From Burkholderiaceae bacterium (GTDB lineage Bacteria; Pseudomonadota; Gammaproteobacteria; Burkholderiales; Burkholderiaceae_C): a stretch of DNA of 56,997 nt. A model generated the notes under the pieces. The model saw nothing but the letters and a program-made list of their open reading frames with translations, was not told the origin of the DNA and made no database searches. The DNA lies in the NCBI GenBank assembly GCA_046594635.1, contig JBKJRR010000133.1, positions 1-56,997 on the forward strand. The letters are read 5' to 3'. This document shows positions 48,502 through 56,997 of this stretch, one piece after another. The position numbers and the translations under genes were made by a program. Numbering within the stretch: position 1 is the first letter of the stretch; each line of letters opens with the position of its first letter.

Positions 48502-49680
48502 ATGGAAGATATCGTCATCGTTGCAGCCGCCCGCACCGCCGTGGGCAAGTTCGGCGGTTCGCTGGCCAAAGTGCCGGCGACCGAACTGGGCGCGCTCGTG
48601 ATCGCCGAAGTGCTCAAGCGCAGCGGTCTGCAGGCTGACCAGATTGGTGAGGTCATCATGGGCCAGGTGCTGACCGCCGGCTCGGGCCAGAACCCTGCCC
48701 GCCAGGCTGTCATCAAGAGCGGGCTGCACCAGGGAACGCCGGGTCTGACCATCAATGCGGTTTGTGGCTCCGGTCTCAAGGCCGTGATGCTCGCCGCGCA
48801 GGCCGTGGCCTGTGGCGATAGCGAAATCATCATCGCCGGTGGCCAGGAAAACATGAGTGCGTCGCCGCATGTTCTGCCCAATTCCCGCGATGGACAACGC
48901 ATGGGCGACTGGAAGATGGTCGACACCATGATCGTCGATGGATTGTGGGATGTGTACAACCAGTACCACATGGGTATCACGGCGGAAAACGTTGCGCGCA
49001 AGTACGGCATCAGCCGCGAAGCCCAGGATGCGCTGGCGCTGGCCAGCCAGCAAAAGGCCGCTGCCGCCCAGGAAGCTGGGCGCTTCAAGGATGAGATTGT
49101 GTCGGTCAGCATTGCGCAGCGCAAGGGCGACCCGGTGATATTTTCCAGTGACGAGTTCATCAACAAGAAAACCAATGCCGACGCGCTGGCGGGCCTGCGT
49201 CCTGCGTTCGACAAGGCGGGTGGGGTCACCGCTGGCAATGCGTCCGGTCTCAACGACGGCGCAGCCGCTGTGATGGTCATGACGGCCAAGAAGGCCGCTT
49301 CGCTGGGTCTGACGCCCTTGGGCCGAATCGCCAGCTACGCCACCAGCGGCCTGGATCCGGCGTTGATGGGGATGGGCCCGGTACCGGCGTCGACCAAGGC
49401 TTTGGCGCGTGCAGGCTGGAAGCCCCAGGACCTCGATCTGCTCGAGATCAACGAGGCATTTGCCGCGCAGGCCTGTGCGGTGAACCAGGAAATGGGCTGG
49501 GACACCAGCAAGGTCAATGTCAACGGTGGCGCAATCGCGATCGGACATCCGATTGGTGCCTCCGGTTGCCGCATTCTGGTGACCTTGCTGCACGAAATGC
49601 AGCGGCGTGACGCCAAGAAGGGAATCGCCTCACTGTGTATTGGTGGTGGCATGGGGGTTGCGTTGACGATTGCACGATGA
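48502..49680 (+). CDS. phaA: Acetyl-CoA acetyltransferase (beta-ketothiolase)
   Basis: AGGAG SD; N.VCGSG, NEAFA, GHPIGASG, CIGGG. Confidence 0.97.
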   Translation: MEDIVIVAAARTAVGKFGGSLAKVPATELGALVIAEVLKRSGLQADQIGEVIMGQVLTAGSGQNPARQAVIKSGLHQGTPGLTINAVCGSGLKAVMLAAQAVACGDSEIIIAGGQENMSASPHVLPNSRDGQRMGDWKMVDTMIVDGLWDVYNQYHMGITAENVARKYGISREAQDALALASQQKAAAAQEAGRFKDEIVSVSIAQRKGDPVIFSSDEFINKKTNADALAGLRPAFDKAGGVTAGNASGLNDGAAAVMVMTAKKAASLGLTPLGRIASYATSGLDPALMGMGPVPASTKALARAGWKPQDLDLLEINEAFAAQACAVNQEMGWDTSKVNVNGGAIAIGHPIGASGCRILVTLLHEMQRRDAKKGIASLCIGGGMGVALTIAR

Positions 49681-49724
49681 TCGTCACGTAAGATGGATCA
49701 GGATTTCAACAAGAGGAGAACAAC

Positions 49725-50462
49725 ATGAGTCAGAAAATTGCATATGTGACGGGCGGCATGGGTGGTATCGGAACCGCCATTTGCCAGCGTCTGCACAAAG
49801 AAGGTTTCAAGGTCATCGCCGGTTGCGGTCCGACCCGCGACCACGCAAAGTGGATCGCCGAGCAGGCGGCCCTGGGCTTTACGTTCCACGCATCGGTGGG
49901 CAACGTCGGCGACTGGGATTCCACGGTGGCCGCGTTTACCAAGACCAAGGCCGAACATGGCACCATTGACGTGCTGGTGAACAATGCCGGCATCACGAAG
50001 GACCGCATGTTCCTGAAGATGACGCGTGAGGACTGGGACGCGGTGATCGGAACCAACCTCAACTCCATGTTCAATGTCACCAAGCAGGTGGTACCGGACA
50101 TGGTTGAAAAGGGCTGGGGCCGTATCGTCAATATCAGCTCGGTGAATGGTGAAAAGGGCCAGGCAGGGCAGACCAACTACTCGGCGGCCAAGGCCGGCAT
50201 GCATGGTTTCACGATGGCGCTTGCGCAGGAAATGGCAACCAAGGGCGTGACGGTGAACACGGTCAGCCCGGGTTACATCGGCACCGACATGGTCAAGTCC
50301 ATCCGGGAAGATGTGCTGGCCAAGATTGTTGCGACGATTCCGGTCAAGCGTCTGGGTGAGCCCAGCGAGATCGCATCCATCATCGCCTGGCTGGCGTCGG
50401 AGGAAGGTGGCTATTCCACGGGTGCCGATTTCTCGGTCAACGGCGGCCTGCACATGGGTTGA
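49725..50462 (+). CDS. phaB: Acetoacetyl-CoA reductase
   Basis: TGGMGGIG, NNAGIT.D, NYSAAK, PGY..TDM, NGG. Confidence 0.97.
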   Translation: MSQKIAYVTGGMGGIGTAICQRLHKEGFKVIAGCGPTRDHAKWIAEQAALGFTFHASVGNVGDWDSTVAAFTKTKAEHGTIDVLVNNAGITKDRMFLKMTREDWDAVIGTNLNSMFNVTKQVVPDMVEKGWGRIVNISSVNGEKGQAGQTNYSAAKAGMHGFTMALAQEMATKGVTVNTVSPGYIGTDMVKSIREDVLAKIVATIPVKRLGEPSEIASIIAWLASEEGGYSTGADFSVNGGLHMG

Positions 50463-50491
50463 TCGGCCGCAGCGCTGGTCGCCATGTTGCG

Positions 50492-50530
50492 AAACAACAA
50501 ACCCCGCCTCGGCGGGGTTTGTTGTTTTTT
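50492..50530 (+). terminator. Intrinsic terminator after phaCAB (potentially bidirectional)
   Basis: AAACAACAAACCCCGCC-TC-GGCGGGGTTTGTTGTTT perfect inverted repeat plus T-run. Confidence 0.9.
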
Positions 50531-50568
50531 GGTTTCTTGTTCCATTGGCAGGTGCGTAAAGGAAGCCC

Positions 50569-51432
50569 ATGCGTGATCCGTATCTTGACTATGTAGGCGG
50601 CTTTGAGGAACTGCTGCGCCAGGCTGCCGCTTTGACCGACGCGATTCCGGCGCCGCAGATCCTGCCGCAGGTGTCCGACGATGCGCCGGTTTGCCTGGTT
50701 TTTTCACCCCATCCGGACGATGAAGTCATCGCCGGTGCATTGCCGTGGCGCTTGCGCAGCGAAGACGGTTGGCGCGTGATCAATGTCGCAGTCACCCTGG
50801 GCAGCGATGTCGGTCGCCGCGCGGCGCGGTGGCTTGAGCTGACAAAGTGTTGCGCACATCTTGGCTTTGAGCTGCGCAGTGCAACCGGTACACCAGGCAT
50901 CGCGTTCGAAAAAGTTCGGCCGTTGAGCGCCACCGTCGATGCCCCGCAGTTTGAGGTGGATGTGGCCCGGCTGTCGGCGCTGATCCAGCAGTACCGGCCG
51001 CGCGTGGTGGTATGTCCGCATGCGCTTGACGGGCATGCGGCGCATATCGGCACCCATGATTTGGTGATGGCCGCCGTGCGCGGGGCGGCGCCGCACTGGC
51101 GGCTGCACCTGCTGTTCAGCGAATACTGGAACACCCAGATGGAACCTGCCCTGATGGTGGCGCTCGATCGCCAGCAGGTCGCCACCCTGGTTGCCGCCTT
51201 GAGCCTTCACACCGGCGAGGTTGCACGCAACCCGTATCACCTGAGCCTGCCGGCGTGGTTCATCGATGCGGCGCGCCGAGGGGCCGAGCGGGTCGGCCCG
51301 GCGGGTGGTCCGGCCACCGGCGCGGTATTCGCGGCCCTGTACGGCTGGTCGTGCTGGCAGGACGGTGGGCTCCATCCGATGGCGGCGCAGATTGCGCCCG
51401 CCACGCGCGTTATGGCCGGACTTTTTGTTTGA
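50569..51432 (+). CDS. PIG-L/LmbE family deacetylase
   Basis: SPHPDDE, R..E, D.H..H. Confidence 0.85.
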   Translation: MRDPYLDYVGGFEELLRQAAALTDAIPAPQILPQVSDDAPVCLVFSPHPDDEVIAGALPWRLRSEDGWRVINVAVTLGSDVGRRAARWLELTKCCAHLGFELRSATGTPGIAFEKVRPLSATVDAPQFEVDVARLSALIQQYRPRVVVCPHALDGHAAHIGTHDLVMAAVRGAAPHWRLHLLFSEYWNTQMEPALMVALDRQQVATLVAALSLHTGEVARNPYHLSLPAWFIDAARRGAERVGPAGGPATGAVFAALYGWSCWQDGGLHPMAAQIAPATRVMAGLFV

Positions 51433-52018
51433 CCGCCGCGGTACAAAGCAGTGCCAGCCGGTCGTTGCCGAAATACATGTCATCGCCGACAAACATCGTG
51501 GGTGACCCGAAGCCGCCCCGGCGCACCAGTTCGTCGGTGTTGGCCTTGAGCTGGGCCTTGATCGCTGGCTCCTGGATGCCGGCGAGCAAGGCATCAGGAT
51601 CGATGTCGCACAGGGTACAGATTTCGTGCACTACTGTGTCGTCGGAGATGTCGCGGTCGTGCGACCAGTAGGCTTCGAACGCGGCCGTGGTGAACGGCAT
51701 CAACTGGGGTCGATCCAGCAGCCATAGGCAGCCACGCATCACCTTGACGCTGTTGACCGGAAAAACCGTGGGCGGCATCCGGATGGTCAGGCCGGATTGA
51801 TGCGACCAGTCGGCCAGGTCCTTGCGCATATAGGCTTGCTTTGCCGGGACGGGGTTGTCGCGGGCGGCGTAAACGCTGGGATTGATCGCGTTGAACACGC
51901 CCCCCACCATGATCGGCCGCCATTGGATTGGCACACCGATCTCGCGTGCCATCGGCTGGATATTGTGGAAGGCGAGATAGGTCCAGGGGCTGGAACAGTC
52001 GAAGAAAAATTCGATCAT
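51410..52018 (-). CDS. 2-hydroxychromene-2-carboxylate isomerase / GST-kappa (DsbA fold)
   Basis: IEFFFDCSSPWTYL, W.P...GG.F, FP.NS...MR, G.FG.PT, FG.DRL. Confidence 0.9.
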   Translation of the reverse strand: MIEFFFDCSSPWTYLAFHNIQPMAREIGVPIQWRPIMVGGVFNAINPSVYAARDNPVPAKQAYMRKDLADWSHQSGLTIRMPPTVFPVNSVKVMRGCLWLLDRPQLMPFTTAAFEAYWSHDRDISDDTVVHEICTLCDIDPDALLAGIQEPAIKAQLKANTDELVRRGGFGSPTMFVGDDMYFGNDRLALLCTAAVKQKVRP

Positions 52019-52276
52019 GGGGTGGATTCTGGATCCGCTCGGTGCGGGCTTGCGGTGGTGATCGATCATGGCATTGCCCAAGCGCCGTTGCGCCTGCGCG
52101 CGCCGATCGCTGCATCATAGTTTGCAGTTGTAGCGTGAACAGCACAACAAATGGGCACAACTGTCAAGATTTTCGGGCGCCGATGCAAGATTTAGCGGGC
52201 AGGTAGTAAGCTTCAGCGCCATGACCTTCATTGGATGCCAATCCGTAGCCTCGATCCGCGTTGCCGCGGCCTGAAA

Positions 52277-53605
52277 ATGACAGTCCATGGCTACGACTTC
52301 ATCTCACCGGACCGGCTGAGAATCGGTCTTTTCGTCGAGTTGCAACTCGGTTGGATGTCGCATCCGTTTCCCAAGGGCAGTTTCAAGATCAGTTCGCAAA
52401 GGCAGATCGAAACTTTGCGGGGACTGGGACTGGACCGGATCCGTTATGTGCCTGCGCGCAGTGATCCACCGCCCGTCATGGACGTGACGCCACCAGAGCC
52501 GCCATCGCTGGATGCGTCCCATGGGCTGGGCGCGGGCGTGCTGGTACAACAGGATAGGGCCGACCGTGGGCCTCAGGCGAACGATGTGCAGCGTCAGCGG
52601 CGTGAACATGCCGAACTGATACGGGCCCAGAACGACAGCCTGGCGCAGTGTGACAAGCGGTTCGACGACGCCATCCGGCAATACCGAAAAGTGGTCGAGC
52701 GCATCGCGCAGGAGCCCAAGGAGGCAGCGTCCCTTTGCGGGCATCTCGTGGACTCTCTGGTCGGGGACATGCTGGATCAGAGCGAGTCGTCCATCCGTCT
52801 GCTGTCAGAGACCACGGGCGACCGCGCCTGGATGCACCCGGTCAACGTGACGGTGTTGTCTTTGCTGCTGGGCAAGGCGCTGGGCATGCCGGCAAGGGAT
52901 CTTCAGCATCTGGGCATCGCGGCCTTCCTGCACGATGTCGGCAAGACCCGTCTGCCCGATCGCTTGCGCCTGGCCGATCTGAATTTCACGCCACCGGAGT
53001 ACCGCCTCTACCAGAGTCACGTGGCCCACAGTGTCGCGGTTGCAATGCAGCTGGGTTTGTCGCCTGAGGTGCAGCGCACGATAGGCGAGCACCACGAGAC
53101 AATGGACGGCAGCGGTTTTCCGCGCCAACTGGCCGGCGCCGACATGAGTCTGTGCGGCAAGGTACTGGCGCTGGTCAATCGCTATGAAAACATGTGCAAT
53201 CCGTCGCGACCCTCGGCTGCGGTCACGCCACATGAAGCCCTTTCCTTGATTTTTGCCCAGATGAAGGACCGATTCGATATCGCTGTGCTGGCAGCCTTCA
53301 TCCGCATGATGGGGGTTTACCCGCCAGGATCCGTTGTGCAATTGTCGGATGAGCGCTTTGCGCTGGTGGTTTCGGTAAATTCAACCCGTCCGCTCAAACC
53401 CAAGGTGTTGGTGCATGAGCCCTCCGTGCCCAAGGACGAGGCCGTGGTCCTGAATCTGGAGCAGGCGCAGGCGGCGGGGATCCGGCGCAGCATTCGACCG
53501 GACCTGCTGCCGCGTGCAGCGATCGACTATCTGTCGCCTCGGCTGCGAATCTGCTACTTCTTTGAGTGTGCCACCGATGCTGCGCGCACTGAGGCGGCGC
53601 CGTGA
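52277..53605 (+). CDS. HD-GYP domain protein with N-terminal DUF3391-like domain
   Basis: LRIGLFVEL..GWM.HPF; LHDVGK; HHE.MDGSGFP; GVYPPGS. Confidence 0.88.
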   Translation: MTVHGYDFISPDRLRIGLFVELQLGWMSHPFPKGSFKISSQRQIETLRGLGLDRIRYVPARSDPPPVMDVTPPEPPSLDASHGLGAGVLVQQDRADRGPQANDVQRQRREHAELIRAQNDSLAQCDKRFDDAIRQYRKVVERIAQEPKEAASLCGHLVDSLVGDMLDQSESSIRLLSETTGDRAWMHPVNVTVLSLLLGKALGMPARDLQHLGIAAFLHDVGKTRLPDRLRLADLNFTPPEYRLYQSHVAHSVAVAMQLGLSPEVQRTIGEHHETMDGSGFPRQLAGADMSLCGKVLALVNRYENMCNPSRPSAAVTPHEALSLIFAQMKDRFDIAVLAAFIRMMGVYPPGSVVQLSDERFALVVSVNSTRPLKPKVLVHEPSVPKDEAVVLNLEQAQAAGIRRSIRPDLLPRAAIDYLSPRLRICYFFECATDAARTEAAP

Positions 53606-56010
53606 GCCTGGCCGCCAGTCATGGATTGATCGATGCGTTGATCGAAGCCGTCTGGCTGGTGGAGCCGGTCAATCTGCACATCGTCGCAATGAACCAGTCG
53701 GCGCTGGCCCTGTCGGGTCTGGCGCGCGACGACATGCTGGGACGCCCCGTGGTGGAACTGACAGCGACACCGCAGGACCAGTATTTCTGGGAGGACGTCG
53801 CGGCCGGCCTGACGGATCAGATCCACTCGGAAACCCTGATTCGCAGTGCGGATGGCATTGCGATACCGGTGGAGCGCAAAGTCTGCCGCATCTGGCTGGA
53901 CGCTGCCACGCCACTTTTCATAGTCAGTTTGCGTGACCTGCGACAACAGCGGCGGACCGAGATCGAACTCGAGCGCCTGGTGGCCGAACTACGCGCCACC
54001 CTGGAGTCCACCGCCGACGGCATCCTGTCCCATGGTCTGGATGGCCGGGTGCACAACTACAACCGACGCTTTGCCGAACTGTGGGATCTGCCCGAGGCCT
54101 TGATGGTTCGACGCAACGATGCGGCCTTGTTCAAGCACATGGCCGATGCCGTGGTCGACGAACCGGCCTACGAGCAAAGGTTGCTTGAAATTGCAGCCGC
54201 GCCCTTGCTGGAGGCACACGACACCTTCGCGCTGCGGGCCGGGCGCATTGTCGAGCGACGCTCCAGGCCGCAGTACAGCCGTGGGCTGCCCAGTGGCCGG
54301 GTCTATGCCTTCCGCGATATCACCCAGGACGTGGACACCCAGTCGCGATTGCGCCTGGCGGCAAAGGTGTTCGCGTCCAGCCTGGACGCGATTTTCATTA
54401 CCGGAGCCGACTTCGTCGTACTCGCGGTCAATCCGGCCTGTGAACGCCAGACCGGGCATGTCCAGTCTGAGTTGCTGGGCCAGGCTGCGGCCGGTTTTTT
54501 CTACGACCCGCACGACCAGAGTTTCTTCAAGCGGGTCCAGCAGCACCTGCAGACCGACGGTTTCTGGGAGGGCGAGGTCTGGCGAAGGAACGCCTCCCGC
54601 GAACCCCACGCGGTGCAGGTGTCCTGGATATTGCTGCGCGACGAATACAGTGAGCCGGTGCATAGCATCTGCTTCTTCAAGGACCTGAGCGAAAAATATG
54701 CGGCCCAGCAACGCATTGAAACCCTGGCCTACCGTGATGTCCTGACCGGCCTGCCCAATCGGCTGCTGCTCAGCCAGCGGGTCGACTTTGCACTGCGCAT
54801 GGTTGAGCGCAACGGCGGCCAGTTCGCGGTTTTTTTCCTGGACCTGGATCGCTTCAAGAATATCAACGACTCCATGGGTCATTCGTTCGGCGATCGGGTG
54901 CTGGTCGAGGTCGCCGCCCGCATAAGCGCCTGCCTGCGTGATGTGGACACCCTGTGTCGCCTGGGTGGCGACGAATTCGTGTTGTTCTTGCAGGAGGCCG
55001 ATGCGCCGGGCGCCGAGGCCTGCGCGCAGCGGGTGTTGCATGCGATGGCCCAACCATTTGTGCTCGACGGCATGAATTTTTCAGTGGGCTGCAGTATTGG
55101 TGTTGCCTTGTATCCGGACGACGGCAAGACACTCGACGAACTGATCCAGTACGCGGACACGGCCATGTACCGGGTCAAGGAGCGGGGCAGGGGAAGTTTC
55201 CGCTTCTACCAACCCCAGATGAATGTCGATGTACTGTCGCGCATCAAGATGGACCATGCCATGCGCCAGGGCATGCAGCAGGGACTTTTCCGCGTCCACT
55301 ACCAGCCACAGATCGACATCGCAAGCGGCGCTCTGGTGGGTGCCGAGGCATTGACCCGGTGGAGCGACGCCGAATTTGGCGACGTGGCGCCAACGGTTTT
55401 CATACAGTTGGCAGAAGAAACCGGGTTCATCACCACGATCGGCAACTGGGTGCTTGAGCAGGCGGTGCGGCAAGCCGTCCTGTGGCAGCGTGCCGGCACG
55501 CCGGTTGTGGTGTCCATCAATGTGTCGCCGCTGCAGTTTCAGCAGGCTGATTTCGTGGCGATGGTCGACGAGGCCTTGCGTAGCGCGCAATTGCCGCCGG
55601 AGTTGCTCGAACTCGAGCTCACCGAATCCATCCTCGTACGCGACGCAGACGAAGCACTGGAGCGCCTGCATGCGCTGGCGGCGATTGGCGTGGGCCTGTC
55701 CATCGACGACTTCGGCACCGGTTATTCCAGCCTGTCCTATCTGAAACGTTTTCCCATTGGCAAGCTCAAGATCGATCGATCGTTCATTACCGGATTGCCG
55801 CAGGACGAAAGCGATCGCGCCATCGTCAGCGCGACCATCGCAATGGCCCAGGCACTCAAGTTGGCGGTGGTTGCCGAGGGGGTGGAGACCCAAGCCCAGA
55901 TGGATTGCCTGCGTGAGCTCGGTTGCGCGTCGTACCAGGGTTTCCTGTGCTCGCCGGCCGTGCCCGCCGATGCCTTTGCGCAGTGGATGGCATTGCAGCC
56001 CAACGACTGA
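53602..56010 (+). CDS. PAS-GGDEF-EAL diguanylate cyclase/phosphodiesterase
   Basis: Three PAS-like segments; D.LTGLPNR, DLDRFK.IND, RLGGDEF; YQPQ, EAL, ELTES, DDFGTGYSS, EGVE. Confidence 0.95.
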   Translation: MSLAASHGLIDALIEAVWLVEPVNLHIVAMNQSALALSGLARDDMLGRPVVELTATPQDQYFWEDVAAGLTDQIHSETLIRSADGIAIPVERKVCRIWLDAATPLFIVSLRDLRQQRRTEIELERLVAELRATLESTADGILSHGLDGRVHNYNRRFAELWDLPEALMVRRNDAALFKHMADAVVDEPAYEQRLLEIAAAPLLEAHDTFALRAGRIVERRSRPQYSRGLPSGRVYAFRDITQDVDTQSRLRLAAKVFASSLDAIFITGADFVVLAVNPACERQTGHVQSELLGQAAAGFFYDPHDQSFFKRVQQHLQTDGFWEGEVWRRNASREPHAVQVSWILLRDEYSEPVHSICFFKDLSEKYAAQQRIETLAYRDVLTGLPNRLLLSQRVDFALRMVERNGGQFAVFFLDLDRFKNINDSMGHSFGDRVLVEVAARISACLRDVDTLCRLGGDEFVLFLQEADAPGAEACAQRVLHAMAQPFVLDGMNFSVGCSIGVALYPDDGKTLDELIQYADTAMYRVKERGRGSFRFYQPQMNVDVLSRIKMDHAMRQGMQQGLFRVHYQPQIDIASGALVGAEALTRWSDAEFGDVAPTVFIQLAEETGFITTIGNWVLEQAVRQAVLWQRAGTPVVVSINVSPLQFQQADFVAMVDEALRSAQLPPELLELELTESILVRDADEALERLHALAAIGVGLSIDDFGTGYSSLSYLKRFPIGKLKIDRSFITGLPQDESDRAIVSATIAMAQALKLAVVAEGVETQAQMDCLRELGCASYQGFLCSPAVPADAFAQWMALQPND

Positions 56011-56092
56011 GACAGGTGTCACCGGGCTCGAAGCCGGCCCTGTCGGGTCTCAGCGGGAGTTGCTCGTTTGCAGCGCCATGGTGTCGGCCAGG

Positions 56093-56893
56093 TCAACGCA
56101 GCAGGAAATATCCGGCCAGCGCATACAACACGACAGCGAACACCCGTTTGAGCGGTGCCACGTCCATGCTGTGCGCGACCCGTGCACCCAGCGGCGCGGT
56201 GGTCATGCTGGCCGCCGACAACACCAGGAAACCGGGCCAGTACAGATAGCCCAACGCACCGGCCGGCATCGCAGGCAGGCTCCAGCCGGCGTACAGGTAG
56301 CCCAATGTGCCGGCCAGAGCGATTGGAAAACCCAGTGCGGCGGATGTTGCGACCGCGGCGTGGATCCTGACATTGCACCAGGTCATGAATGGCACGGAAA
56401 TGAACGCGCCGCCTGCGCCCACCAGTGCCGACATCACGCCGATCAGATTGCCTACGCCAAACAAGCCGGCGGCGCCAGGCAAGGTGCGCGCCGCATGGGG
56501 CTTTCGATTGAGCAGCAGTTGCGTGGCCGAGAAAGTGACGAATGCCGCGAACAGGTAACCCAGCCAGGTAGCTGGCATGGCCGCAGCCATCTGCGAACCC
56601 AGAAACGCCCCTAGCAGGATTCCGGGTACCAGGTTGCGCACAATCTCCCAGCGCACCGCACCGCGTCGATGGTGGGCACGTACCGACGCCAGCGATGTGA
56701 AGCAGATGGTGGCCAAGGAGGTCGCCACCGCCATCTTGATGACATGTTCCTGCGGATAGGCGCGGGCGCTCAGGATGAACGTCAGGAACGGCACCATCAT
56801 CATGCCACCGCCGAGTCCGAGCAAGCCGGCCAGGAAGCCGGTGCACAGCCCCAAGGCGGTCAGCTCGAAAATAAGTGTCGGGGAGAAGTCCAC
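56093..56893 (-). CDS. TauE/SafE sulfite exporter family protein
   Basis: GFLAGLLGLGGG...VP, ATSLA, GAGG...VP; GTG start at 56893. Confidence 0.9.
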   Translation of the reverse strand: MDFSPTLIFELTALGLCTGFLAGLLGLGGGMMMVPFLTFILSARAYPQEHVIKMAVATSLATICFTSLASVRAHHRRGAVRWEIVRNLVPGILLGAFLGSQMAAAMPATWLGYLFAAFVTFSATQLLLNRKPHAARTLPGAAGLFGVGNLIGVMSALVGAGGAFISVPFMTWCNVRIHAAVATSAALGFPIALAGTLGYLYAGWSLPAMPAGALGYLYWPGFLVLSAASMTTAPLGARVAHSMDVAPLKRVFAVVLYALAGYFLLR

Positions 56894-56903
56894 GGAAATT
56901 AAA

Positions 56904-56997
56904 GTGCCTGCAGTTGCCACCGGACCCGCATCCTGAACCGGGGTTCAGGTGGGCGAGGTCAGCGTTGGCGTCGGGTTCATCTAACGCGAGATGATCA
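56904..56997 (-). ncRNA. ssrS: 6S RNA, 3' portion (truncated by window edge)
   Basis: Minus strand CACCTGAACCCCGGTTCAGG...GGTGGCAACTGCAGG parallels the E. coli 6S 3' half (CACCTTGAACCAAGGGTTCAAGG...GGCGGCATCTC). Confidence 0.8.

Overview
GC-rich chromosomal window from a betaproteobacterium, most likely Comamonadaceae (inferred from gene content and order: maiA-pgeF-phaCAB, paiB-tadA-ldcA, ssrS-tauE). It contains a glycogen cluster (glgC partial; glgP-glgB-glgX-malQ), a yybP-ykoY riboswitch-controlled alx/terC plus a zinc-ribbon gene, prc, and exbB-exbD-exbD-tonB. It also has an uncharacterised GntR-linked TRAP catabolic operon, a TadA-haloalkane-dehalogenase fusion, an atuA-like/Bug operon, an orphan ATP-synthase c-subunit paralogue, a Pat-type acetyltransferase and an nhaR/HPF/Rrf2 module. 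The right end holds phaCAB, an HD-GYP + PAS-GGDEF-EAL pair, tauE and the 3' part of 6S RNA. Several decayed gene remnants are present. I saw no transposase, integrase, CRISPR array, rRNA or tRNA. The most unusual signal is a pair of short, apparently related intergenic elements (glgB/glgX and atuA/next gene). Each sits between ATGA stop-start overlaps and is an intact mini-ORF running from the upstream stop to the downstream start, so they may be 'translational relay' insertions. All family assignments come from motif recognition by eye; no searches were run.
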